Position numbers and translations under genes: made by a program. Under the pieces are notes generated by a model. It was not told the DNA's origin and did not search any database. It worked only from the letters and a program-made list of their open reading frames with translations. Below are positions 53,501 through 64,000 of a DNA stretch of 64,000 nucleotides, piece by piece. Numbering within the stretch: the stretch's first letter is position 1; every line of letters starts with the position of its first letter. This DNA comes from Felis catus (Eukaryota), in the NCBI RefSeq assembly GCF_018350175.1, contig NC_058368.1:27716001-27780000 (forward strand), written 5' to 3'.

Positions 53501-54670
53501 CAGTAGGCTAATGAGTACCTACTGCGTGCTTACTGTCTTTTACCGCCCCCCACTTTTTTCCAGAGATGTGGGGGCTCCTCACAGTCCACCCTTTGGGTCT
53601 CATGAGTCAGGATTGAGATCCTGTTGGTTGAGGATCCTGTTGATCCTGTTGATTTATTTTCACAATTCTCTATTTGTTTGCTTCCTAGAACTTGTTTAAT
53701 TAATAACCCAATTGCTTTGTATTCTAATTGGTTCCTTTGGCAGTAAATTTCCTTTATGTTTTTTTTTTCCTGAAACTGAAATCCTCTGTTTCACCTTTCA
53801 AAATGGGACCAGTAAATGGTTCTGTGTGAATGAAGACTTTCATGGAAATGAACAATATGAACTGTTTTCCCCCCTCTTTGAAAGATGGGAGCCAAGCTAA
53901 TGTCAGGGTTTAGAAATGATGAGTTCCATTATTCCCTTTTCACAGGTCTTCCTGCCAGGAAAATCCAATTCCTTTTATTAAAGCAAACCCAGCTGCTTGC
54001 TGTCTCCCTTGGATTCATTTAAAACTTCAAGTCTCTCCTGTGTTGTAGAATTTGTTTCAACTCCCCATTAAGCTTGTTTTCTAAGAACTTTACTTGTTTT
54101 TCATAGGCAAGTTTTAAAAAACAAAAACACAACAGTTTATGTCATAGTGAACAAAAAGCTCCAGGATTATTTAAATTGGATTAAAATATGCCAGAGCCTT
54201 GGTGACTGTAATCTCAAATATGAAGTCCTTTGTTTCTAGATTCTCCAAACAACTAATTAAAAAAAAAGAACTCTTTTCCATTCCATTTTTTATGACATTT
54301 GCTGTTCAGTCTCTCAACAGCTTTAAGTATATGATTCTGAGTCAGAAGGGACTTGAGTTGGCTTACTGAAAATCTTTTTCCGAATGCTTTAGTGGGATGT
54401 GGGTTTATATGTATAAATTTTTTATGAACTACTTAACCATTGCTTATAATTTTCATTTAACATACTTGGTGTGGAAATTTCATGTTTCCCTTAAAACATC
54501 TTGAAAACACTTCTTAAAATATAAATGTTGCTATCATTTGAAGTAAAGAATAAAAATGTGAATACTGATTCTGCGATTATACCGATCAAGTTGGGAGAGG
54601 GGAACCACGGAAGGAACTTGGGACTCCTCACTTTCAGTAAATAGTGACCGTGGGTTGAAAGAGCACATCT

Positions 54671-54855
54671 GGGAGCAAACCATAAGAGACTCTTAAAAAC
54701 AGAATAAACTGAGGGTTGATGGGGGAAGAGGGGTGGGAGGGAGGGGAAAGTAGGTGATAGGTGTGGAGGAGGGCACCTGTGGGGATGAGCACTGGGTGCT
54801 GTATGGAAACCAATTTGACAATAAATTTCGTATTAAAAAAAAAGAAAAAGAAAAA
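54671..54855 (+). mobile_element. Heavily 5'-truncated felid L1 (3' UTR end plus A tail)
   Basis: Homologous to ~55700-55860. AATAAA at 54820. TSD gaaagagcacatct / gaaagggcacatct (54657-54670 / 54856-54869). Confidence 0.9.
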
Positions 54856-55005
54856 GAAAGGGCACATCTTGGAAGCCCTGGTAGGTACCAAATTGAATAA
54901 CTGAGGCCACTTGAACCTAAGGATTTGGGACCTTGGGTAACTTTAATACCACGATTCTGCCTCAAGTTTCCCTAATAGATTGCATTTTGATACTTGCAAT
55001 TTCAG

Positions 55006-55079
55006 AGCAATAAACTAGAGGAGAAAAAAAGACTTCAAGAAAACCTCAGAAGAGAAGCATTTAGAGAGCACCAGCAGTA
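55006..55079 (+). CDS. EPSTI1: EPSTI1 coding exon 6 (74 bp; SNKLEEKKRLQENLRREAFREHQQ, ends phase 2); later exons lie beyond the window
   Basis: tttcag| acceptor and TA|gtaagt donor. Matches recalled human SNKLEEKKRLQENLRREAFREHQQY. I found no convincing next exon in 55080-64000. Confidence 0.95.
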
Positions 55080-55403
55080 GTAAGTTTGTATCTTCAGAAC
55101 TTTGTACCTTTAAGACATTGTTTATTCTGCTTTTGAATTCTAGGCAACTTTCCAAGACCTCTGGTATTGGATTATGGGCTGTTATATTAATTATGTAATT
55201 GAACTCTGTCATTCTGTAAGGTTTGAGGTTGGATACCTCTGTACTCACCAGAGTATTCTTCATCGATTTGAAATAATACTGCTAAATTTGAGAAATCCTT
55301 GATTCTAAATAACTTGGGAGGGCTGATTCTTTGGCAATCCAAGGTACTTCTGATTATGTTGACTTTCAAAACACTGATATAAGGAAGATAATATTTGAAA
55401 AGA

Positions 55404-55895
55404 AGCACTCTCAACAATAGCCAAATTGTGGGAAAAGCCTAAATGTCCATCAACTGATGAATGGATAAAGAAATTGTGGTTTATATACACAACGGAGTAC
55501 TACGTGGCAATGAGAAAGAATGAAATATGGCCCTTTGTAGCAACGTGGTTGGAACTGGAGAGTGTGATGCTAAGTGAAATAAGCCATACAGAGAAAGACC
55601 AATACCATATGTTTTCACTCTTATGTGGATCCTGAGAAACTTAACAGAAACCCATGGGGGAGGGGAAGGAAAAAAAAAAAAGGTTAGAGTGGGAGAGAGC
55701 CAAAGCATAAGAGACTCTTAAAAACTGAGAACAAACTGAGGGTCGATGGGGGGTATGAGGGAGGGGAGGGTAGGTGATGGGCATTGAAGAGGGCATCTTT
55801 TGGGATGAGCACTGGGTGTTGTATGGAAACCAATTTGACAATAAATTTCATATATTAAAAATAAATAAATAAAAAATAAATAAAATAAAAAAAAT
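55404..55895 (+). mobile_element. 5'-truncated felid L1: ORF2 C-terminus (stop 55633-55635), 3' UTR and A tail
   Basis: Translation WEKPKCPSTDEWIKKLWFIYTTEYY...MLSEISH...YHMFSL is the L1 ORF2p C-terminus. AATAAA at 55840. Confidence 0.93.
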
Positions 55896-56937
55896 AGGGA
55901 TGCCAGTATCTCTCCCATAAGCCATTTGTAAGGATGAAATAAAATAGTTTACGTAAATGGCTTAAAAGTACCTGAATTCTATGGAGACAGAAATGAAACT
56001 TACAGGAGTCCTTGTTGAATGGATCAGACAACTTATATTTTGTAGAGACTGGGTAGTGATTCTGGTCCCACCCAGAATTAGCAATTGGCTTCCACTTTCA
56101 GATGGATTATCATCTGACTCCCTCCTGTTCTCTCTTCCCATTATTGTACCTCATTTTCAGAATTTCAGATCATTCTAATGTGGGTGTGAGCATATGTGAC
56201 GCCCTAATGCGTGTTGCTCTTCTAAGTACAGGGTCCTCTGTTTTTCTCCTTCCGCCACAATTATCCTGCCTCTATCCTAAGCAGCTCCTCCTTGCTTTGA
56301 GTCTCAGAGAGAGGAGTGGGAAGAAGTTTCTCAGTGCTTTACTTTGCTTCTTGGCAAATTAGGTTACTTGGCCTCTGCTACCCAGGCCACAAAATGGGAG
56401 ATGGGGTGGGTTGGGTACAAGTGCCAATGAGTAACGTCATCTTTTTAAAGTTAAAATAGGCATTGCCCTCATCTGAGTCATTGATTCCATAGCGTGTCTT
56501 TCCCCGCTGTTCTTCTAAGATAGGCATGGGGGTGAGGGAGCTGGTGGGAAGCTAAACACCAGGAAAGATGAACTGTCTTAGAGCTGGCAGGAGGGAGGCA
56601 ATAGATTAAGGGTATATTATTGCCTTTCCCTTCATTGCTTAGAGGATGGATGAGTGTATTTCTAGGCCAACCAGAGGAGTTGAAGGAAATAAGGGTACAG
56701 TTGTAGCCTAGAGACACAATAAGAACAAATGTATTTATCCCCATGTCATTCTAGTTTTAGGCTGGAGAAGGGAAGGCCTGCTTGCCAACGAGGGGTCTTA
56801 AGTACAGGACAAGGAAGTTGAACAAACCCATTCTCTGGAGAGTTTTAAACATGGTAAAGTGGAGAATAAGAGGTTCTCAGAGTCTGAAAGGACATGGGAG
56901 GTTGTGATACTCAGTCACCTTTCTTTCATAGTCCAGC

Positions 56938-57449
56938 TTTTTTTATTTTTTTTATTTTTTTATTTTTTTAATTTTTTTTTAAATTTTTTTTCAACGTTTT
57001 TATTTATTTTTGGGACAGAGAGAGACAGAGCATGAACGGGGGAGGGGCAGAGAGAGAGGGAGACACAGAATCTGAAGCAGGCTCCAGGCTCCCAGCCATC
57101 AGCCCAGAGCCTGACGCAGGGCTCGAACTCACGGACCGCGAGATCGTGACCTGGCTGAAGTCGGACGCTTAACCGACTGCGCCACCCAGGCGCCCCTATT
57201 TTTTATTTTTGAGAGACAGAGAGGTGGAAAGAGGGAGAGGGGAAGGGGGAGAGAGAGAGAGAGAGAGAACCCCCCCTCCCCCCCACCTCATGTGTGCACA
57301 GGGGAGGGGCAGAGAGAGGGAGACAAAGGATCCAAAGCAGGTTCTGCTCTGGCAGCAGCGATACCCGTGCGGGGCTCAAACTCACGAACTGTGAGATCAT
57401 GACCCGAGCTGAAGTCGGACGCTTAACTGATTGAGCCACCCAGACGCCC
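56938..57449 (-). mobile_element. Young SINEC_Fc-type SINE (56938-57196) inserted in the tail of an older Can-SINE (57197-57449)
   Basis: Two heads; tccagctt flanks the pair. Confidence 0.9.
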
Positions 57450-57919
57450 TGTCTTCCAGCTTCTTGAGGTGTGTTTTACTAAACACTGGAGATCAATCAC
57501 CCTTTTTCTCTGAAGAAAAAAGTTTTACCCTTAGCCGCCTCCTGTACCATCAGTGGAGCTGAATTCAATTACACGCACATTTCACTCTTGCTCTTTCTTC
57601 TGCTTATCATGAAAGTCCCAGTTAACCAGGAAAAAGGAGTTGAGTAAAAATGAGAAGTATCTCAAATTGATTTTTAAAGCGTATTGAGAAACATAAAAAA
57701 TATATGTGAGGGGTTTTTTTTTTGAAGAGTATTTTGTTTTGAACTACTTTTGAAATTAAAAGACTAATAGCTCATGAAATGAATGATCATTATATAGCTA
57801 GAAATATGAAAGGGACTCCTTGGAAAACATGGACCCTCTGTATAACAAGCCTTTATCATACCTTCTTATAATCAATTTTTTATGGTACAAAAATTGCCTA
57901 GGAGAACTGTTAGGATTGT

Positions 57920-58141
57920 TTTTAAAATTTTTTTTTACATTTATTATTTATTTTTGAGAAACAGAGTGAGACAGAGCGTGAGCGGGGGAGGGGCAGAAAG
58001 AGGGAGACACAGAATCTGAAGCAGGCTCCAGGCTCTGAGCTGTCAGCACAGAGCCTGAGGTGGGGCTCAAACCCACGAACTGTGAGATCATGACTTGAGC
58101 CGAAGTTGAACGCTCAGCCGTCTGAGCCACGCAGGCGCCCC
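57920..58141 (-). mobile_element. Can-SINE (intron 6)
   Basis: Full body; aactgttag on both flanks. Confidence 0.9.
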
Positions 58142-58370
58142 AAACTGTTAGAGTTTTAATAGCACAAAGATTTCACCAGACCAACCAGGCTACTCTCCGT
58201 TCCCCAATGCGCCCTTCCCCCACCAAAAAATTTACATTATCCTGAAGCTGTCAAACCAAGGAACACAAAATAGAACACAGCTAAAATTCTTTGAAACCCG
58301 TCAATACCTCATGTCCTTGCTAGTTTCAGCATGCTGTGATATGTGGTTCAAATAGCAGACCAGGAATGGT

Positions 58371-58414
<44 letters not shown>

Positions 58415-59603
58415 GGAGAGGAGTGCATCCATGGACTTGAGCAGACTATAAATCTAAGCTGCGGGAGAAAAAGCTCACGATAGTATCCTGGGGCACCACC
58501 ATGAGAATCTTAATGTGCTCTTTCTTAACACCTTATTCCTGACTTCGTTCATTTGCTTCTGATTATTTTTAGTGTTGTCAATTATTTAGCTAACAGGCAG
58601 AAAACTAGGCTTTTATTGACATCCAAAGGGACTCTCCTGAGTGTAATAATGAAGGCAGTTTATTGAATGCCTGTGAGGTTGCTTTCTAATTGTACGCATT
58701 AATCTGCCCATGCAAGCTGGCTGGAAATACACAAGCAGATTGCGTGTGCAGATGGAGCACACAGGATGGCTTTTGTGAAAAGACCTCTGGAATGTACTTC
58801 TGCAGTACTGTCTTTTCCTTAAAAATCGAAGGACTGTGACTATTTCAATTGGCAGCTGAGAGCAGACCAGATTAATGGTGCATTAAGTCTGCTACTCTGG
58901 CTGGGGACAGATTCATTTCACAATTTAGAATTAGTTCTAGGATTCTTGAGCATGAAAAGCAAAGGGCAAAAATAGGCCTCTAACCTTGGTGTAGTTTCCC
59001 CCATTATTTTTACTCTCTGTAACTACCTATAAAAAGCCAAATGTGGTACTTTTCAGGAAGGCCTTTTCTATTAATCATTATTACTGGTGGATTTGAGGGT
59101 TTGAGGTGATAGTTAATAAACTTTTGATTGTGCTTTTTAAAAAATATCAAAGGGAGGATGTTGGGATATAGGTGATTTAAAACACAGAGTAAATACATCT
59201 CCACATTTAAAAAGTTGAATGGAGCTGATTTGGGGGGTTCTAGTCGTTTTTCTAATTATGTTTTTTACATAGATATAGAGACAAGTTTGAATTTTGAGCC
59301 TATTTAACCAGTGGCAGGGGCTCACATAGGGTGGGAGCAATGGGATACATTTTGTGTGTGGGTCTTAGGAAAAAACAAGGTTCTCTTAAGGATATGCTGG
59401 AGAGCTAACAATTGGGTATCTTCCAAACATTTGAAATGTTAATTCATATCTAATAACCATTTAATGTAATAGATTATACATTTGCACAGTTTTTTTTTTA
59501 AATACAAAATGCTTGGCTCTTTGAAATAAGCAAAATAATAATAAAAGCTGCTGTATTGCTGAGAGCCTCTGGCGTATCAGGAGTATTAGGTATATTATAT
59601 GCA

Positions 59604-59841
59604 TTTTTTATTTTTTATTTATTTTTTAATTTTTTTTTAACGTTTATTTATTTTTGAGACAGAGAGAGACAGAGCATGAATGGGGGAGGGGCAGAGAGAG
59701 GGGGAGACACAGAATCGGAAACAGGCTCCAGGCTCTGAGCAGTCAGCCCAGAGCCCGACGCGGGGCTCGAACTCACGGACCGCGAGATTGTGACCTGAGC
59801 CGAAGTTGGACGCTTAACCGACTGAGCCACCCAGGCACCCC
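59604..59841 (-). mobile_element. Can-SINE (intron 6)
   Basis: TSD tattatatgcatttttt. Confidence 0.94.
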
Positions 59842-61959
59842 TATTATATGCATTTTTTAATCTGACTTTCAGATCAGCCCTATGAGGGGTATATCCTCCT
59901 CATTTTACAGATGGAGGGTTGAGTAAATTACCTGAAGTCCCTAAGACCATAAGTGATGCAGCCAAATCTTGGTCTTGAGATTTGGGGGTCCAGGGGGGCT
60001 GGGGAAAATAGGTCATTGAGAGGCATGATCTAGTTGGAAGGTCAGGAATATCTGGCTAGGGTGGGGGGTGATAAGCCCTGGAGTTAAGGGGGGGGGGGTA
60101 AAGTTCAGTTCAGAGAGCAAGATTTGGCCAGTGTTGACTTCTGTTTCCTTCTTCCAAGATGTACATTTTGCCTAGGGTAGGTGAAAGAAAAACTGAGGAA
60201 GTAAGTTGACTTCCTCTGATTTTCATCGTAGATGAATGCTATCCTTTGCCAGTCCCAACACTGGGTTAGTACCACACTTAAACTTACTGTAGGGTATGTG
60301 GGTTTTTGTGATCTTTCCAGGCAGTGCTCTGCTCCTACGTACTGTTTCCAATATTTCTAGGGGATGGGGCGGGGGGGGGGGGGGAGGGAGGATGCTTAGT
60401 TCTTTAAAAAACTAGTTGAAAAAGCTCTTGGAACCAAGCTCATTCCAAAACAGGACCTTCCTATTCCTCAACTGCCAAGCACTACCTTGAGCTCAGCCTG
60501 TCGATTGAAATGTTGGGAAGTTTACTTCATTTCCACCATCGGAACCATGCATCTCTTTTATTTCCATTTGAATAATAGTGTGATTAAGTCCTAAGAGGCA
60601 CATCTTCATCTGTTTTAGTTTTCTAAGAATGGAGGATCTAGGCAGGTCTGCTGAATATGCACACTTAGGCCCCAAGTTTGCCTTCTAATGTGCTCACAAA
60701 ACTTCTAATGCCCTTCATGGGAGCTTGCAAAAGACACTTAAGGGCTAAATCGATCCCTTATCCATATGGTAGGCTTAAATCCAACTTCACATTTTATAAT
60801 CCAAGTAAGGTGAATTGAAAGTCATCCTATTCATAACTTTCTATCTTATGCTAATGAAGCGAACTTATAGATACAAAAATCCCCTATCTATTTTGTTCAG
60901 AATAAGACTGAATATTTTATGGGAAATCTGATCTGAGAGAATCCTTGCCTACTGAATGTTAAATCATGCTGATGGTTAAGACTGTATCAATATTTCTATC
61001 ACTGTCCGTTCTTCCTGTGGATGTCCCAGCACACATTAACTTTTTCATTCCCACTGCCACCACCTTCCGATGGGTATTCCTCACATTCCACTTGCCTTAT
61101 GGCTTCTGTCTCCTTGTCATCCCCTGGCATACTCGAATGGCTTCATTGCTGTCTTCATCAACTGTCTTTTTCTGTCAGTTATCTTACATGTTTTGTTGGA
61201 TTTCATTTTCTAAAGCACAGCTTTCATCATGTCACTACCCTATTCTAAAAGGGTATTATTTCCCATTGCTTATAAAATGAATTCTAAACTTCTTAGCTGC
61301 ATCTTGGGGGAACTGTGGGCCACCTTGGTAAGAAGATGTCAGAACATGCTAAGATTTGGGCCTGTGTCAGGTGACTGCAGGAGACTTTGCGGAAACGGGT
61401 CTTCATTCTGGGTTGAACGTTATCAGGAGGCAGGGGTGATTGTGATTAGGTATCTTTATTTTATTTAAAAGGAGGGAAGACCTGAGTGGTTAATTGCAAT
61501 TGTAATGTAATTGATAAAGAAGCACTGTCACACAAATCAGGTAGGAATTTGGGGGTGTCTGGTCACTTTGGTGGTTTAGACAGGTTCGTGTATCTTTTTT
61601 TGCTCAGACATGTTAATGAGGGGGTCTTATTTTTGTCAATATCCATCACAGCCCCAGGGTGACTCTTTTGATGTTGATACTGTGTGAATTGCCTTCACCA
61701 GGAGAACACCAAGGCCTAGCCCTGAGTGCTAGACTAGCTCCTGGATGTCAGGGACAGCTTCTAGCTTTCGCAATATGTAATTAATAATTAGTAAAAGGTG
61801 AGAGTTGACTAATGTCTTTTTTATAAACTAGTTTCCCTTAGTTATCTCATCACTGTGACCTGGTATACCTGGGGGGATATGTGTGCACCTCCCCTCCACC
61901 CTTCAGAAAAGCTGGCTGCAGAGCCAACTTTATCACTTCTGTGTGAGTTCTAAGATCCT

Positions 61960-64000
61960 TACTGGAAGAAAAAAATTAACACCAAATGAACTCCGACCAA
62001 ACAAAGAATGAATCCAAGAAAAAGGAAGGGAGTAGGTATTAGAACAGTTGTGAACAAAGAATATAGTGACATGTATAGTCAGGTATGTGATAGACTTTTC
62101 TCTTTTCTAAAAATTAAGAATAAGCACGATCAAATTAATATAGAGGATTTTAGTGCTAGAAGAGGCACAAGGAAGAGGAGATAGGAAGTAACGTTGAGTG
62201 TTTTTTTCTTTGTACGAGTGAAGGCTTGTGAATTCCGCATATTGATAGAAGACTAATTTGTGTTTTATGTGTTTCATTATAGGGGATATAGGAAATATAA
62301 CATAAGAACAGGTGAAAAAATACAGTGAAATTCAATGAATACAACGAAAATTTGATCATTGTAACATAAGGCAGAAAAGAGGAAGAACTATGAACAAGTC
62401 AGCAATCACAGAAAAGGTATACACGCCAAATCTCCTTATTAAAAGAAATACTCTTGGGTGGCATAAAAAGATGAAATTCTAGCTATCTGCTACTTTAAGA
62501 GATGCCATAAAACAAAAGAGATGAAAATAAAGGAATGGAAAGTATAACCATAAATGCTAACAATAGAAGGCAGATTAATTAATATCACTGTTAATAGGAG
62601 ACAAAATTAAATTCAAGGTGAAAAGCATTCAACAGGATGAAGAGTATTTTATAGAGATAAAATATGTCAGCCAAAAGATAATGTGAATAATGGGTCTTTA
62701 TCAATTTGAAACCTATAAAACAAACTGCTAAAGTCTGTAATATAGATAATGGATTTGTCACCTTCTCTCTTTTTTTTTAAGTTTATTTTTGAGAGTGAGC
62801 AAACATAAGTGGGGGAGGGGCAGAGAGAGAGGAGACAGAGAATCCCAAGCAGGCTCTGTGCTGAGCCCACAGAGCCCGATGCAGGGCCTGAACTCATGAA
62901 CCGCAAAATCATGACCTGAGCTGAAATCAAGAGTTGGACGCTTAACTGACTGAGCCACCGAAGCGCCTCAAATTTTCCTTTTTATTTAACTAATTCTCCA
63001 TTGAAATTAGCAGATCATGTGAACCAAAAAATGATATAAGGAATAGAAGATTTGAATAACAATCAGTATGATTATATAGACAGTTATAAAGTATTGTACC
63101 TAGTTTATGAAAATACAAAATCTTTACAAATATTGACGTAACTACAATTGGCCTTCACTAAGGTTTCAGAGTTTCTCAGAAAATCCCCCCAGTACTCCCA
63201 AATCCTAGAGAACCACCATTCCTAAGGAAAATGTAATAAAATCATAAATTAAGCAATAAGAAATGTTAATGTCAGGGGCGTCTGGCTGGCTCAGCTGGAG
63301 GAACATGTGACTCTTGATCTCGGGGTCAGGAGTTTGAGACCCATATTGGGTATAGGGATTACTCAAATAAGCAAAAAAAAAAGAAATTTCATGTCTATTC
63401 ACATAAATGTTTTTCTAATCACTTTTCTGAATGACTGTTAGGGTACAAATTGAAACCAAAACTGAAATTACAAATTACTTGGGGATAAAAGAATACAAGT
63501 TTTAAAGTATCCCATATTATATAAATTTATAGAATGTGGCTATAAAATTATTTAGAAAATAGTTATAAAAGCATTTAGTAAAAATAGAAACAAACTAAAC
63601 ATCGTATTCAGATAGTAATAGAACAATAAAATAAGTACAAATAGGTAGAAGGAAGGATAATACAGGAAAAAAAGTTTTAAAATGTTTATTTATTTTGAGA
63701 GAGAGCACATGTGCAAGTAGGGAAGGGGCAGAAAGAAAGGGAAAGGGAATCCCAAGCAGGTTCCGTGCTGTCAGCACAGAACCCTACGCGGGGCTCAGTC
63801 TCAGGAACCATGAGATCATGACCCGAGCTGAAATCAAGAGTCAGATGCTTAACTGAGTGAGCCACCGAGGCACCCCCACCCCCCAAATTTGTTTAAATGA
63901 TGTAGAAAATGAATTTATCATCTGTAAATTAACCCCAAAACTAGTTTTTTGCTTTTTAAAAAAAATTCTTATAAAATTTCAGGCCGATTTTGAACTTGTC
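61960..64000 (+). mobile_element. Ancient degraded L1, carrying Can-SINEs at 62770-62968 (-), 63275-63383 (+) and 63675-63876 (-)
   Basis: A-rich sequence with remnants resembling the ORF2 endonuclease region (ctatctgct....aagaga, aaataaaggaatggaaa, gacaaaat.aa.ttcaagg). The SINE bodies are clear. Confidence 0.6.

Noticed and set aside
55426..55635. ORF with real protein similarity (L1 ORF2p C-terminus)
   Set aside because: Part of a 5'-truncated L1 with no promoter, endonuclease or RT domain, so it is not an independent gene.
2151..63886. Recurrent near-identical ORFs (MAQSVKRPTSAQVMIS..., ...GAPGWRSRLSVRLQPGHDL...)
   Set aside because: These are translations of Can-SINE copies, not a gene family.
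55080..64000. Search for EPSTI1 exon 7
   Set aside because: I found no acceptor followed by a KTAEFLSKL-like frame; it probably lies beyond the window.
1..64000. CRISPR arrays, operons or other prokaryote-type systems
   Set aside because: The sequence is mammalian and has no repeat-spacer array; its periodicities are explained by SINEs, microsatellites and the tandem duplication.

Overview
This is mammalian, not prokaryotic, DNA; the young tRNA-derived Can-SINEs of the SINEC_Fc type and L1_Fc-type 3' ends point to a felid. The one gene I can support is EPSTI1 (epithelial-stromal interaction 1, an interferon-stimulated gene) on the + strand. It has a CpG-island promoter (~22.55-23.17 kb) with a near-consensus ISRE, a kB site and GC boxes. 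Six coding exons (22886-23064, 39947-40005, 42000-42083, 44099-44172, 44815-44898, 55006-55079) splice GT-AG in frame into 184 codons, and the gene continues past the window end. The rest is intergenic or intronic DNA rich in SINE, L1, L2, MIR, LTR and MER elements and microsatellites. Almost all ORFs in the supplied track are spurious. The most striking structure is a near-perfect ~4.75-kb tandem duplication (6050-10801 / 10802-15541) about 7.3 kb upstream of the EPSTI1 start codon. Its junction is a chimeric SINE, as expected from SINE-SINE unequal crossover within a 61-bp identical block; an assembly artefact is not excluded. Also notable are exon 6 sandwiched between two sense L1 3' ends carrying AATAAA signals, an inverted nested SINE, and SINE target-site reuse. 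I found no evidence of a wholly new biological system. Gene and repeat-family names come from my recall of the sequences, not from a search.
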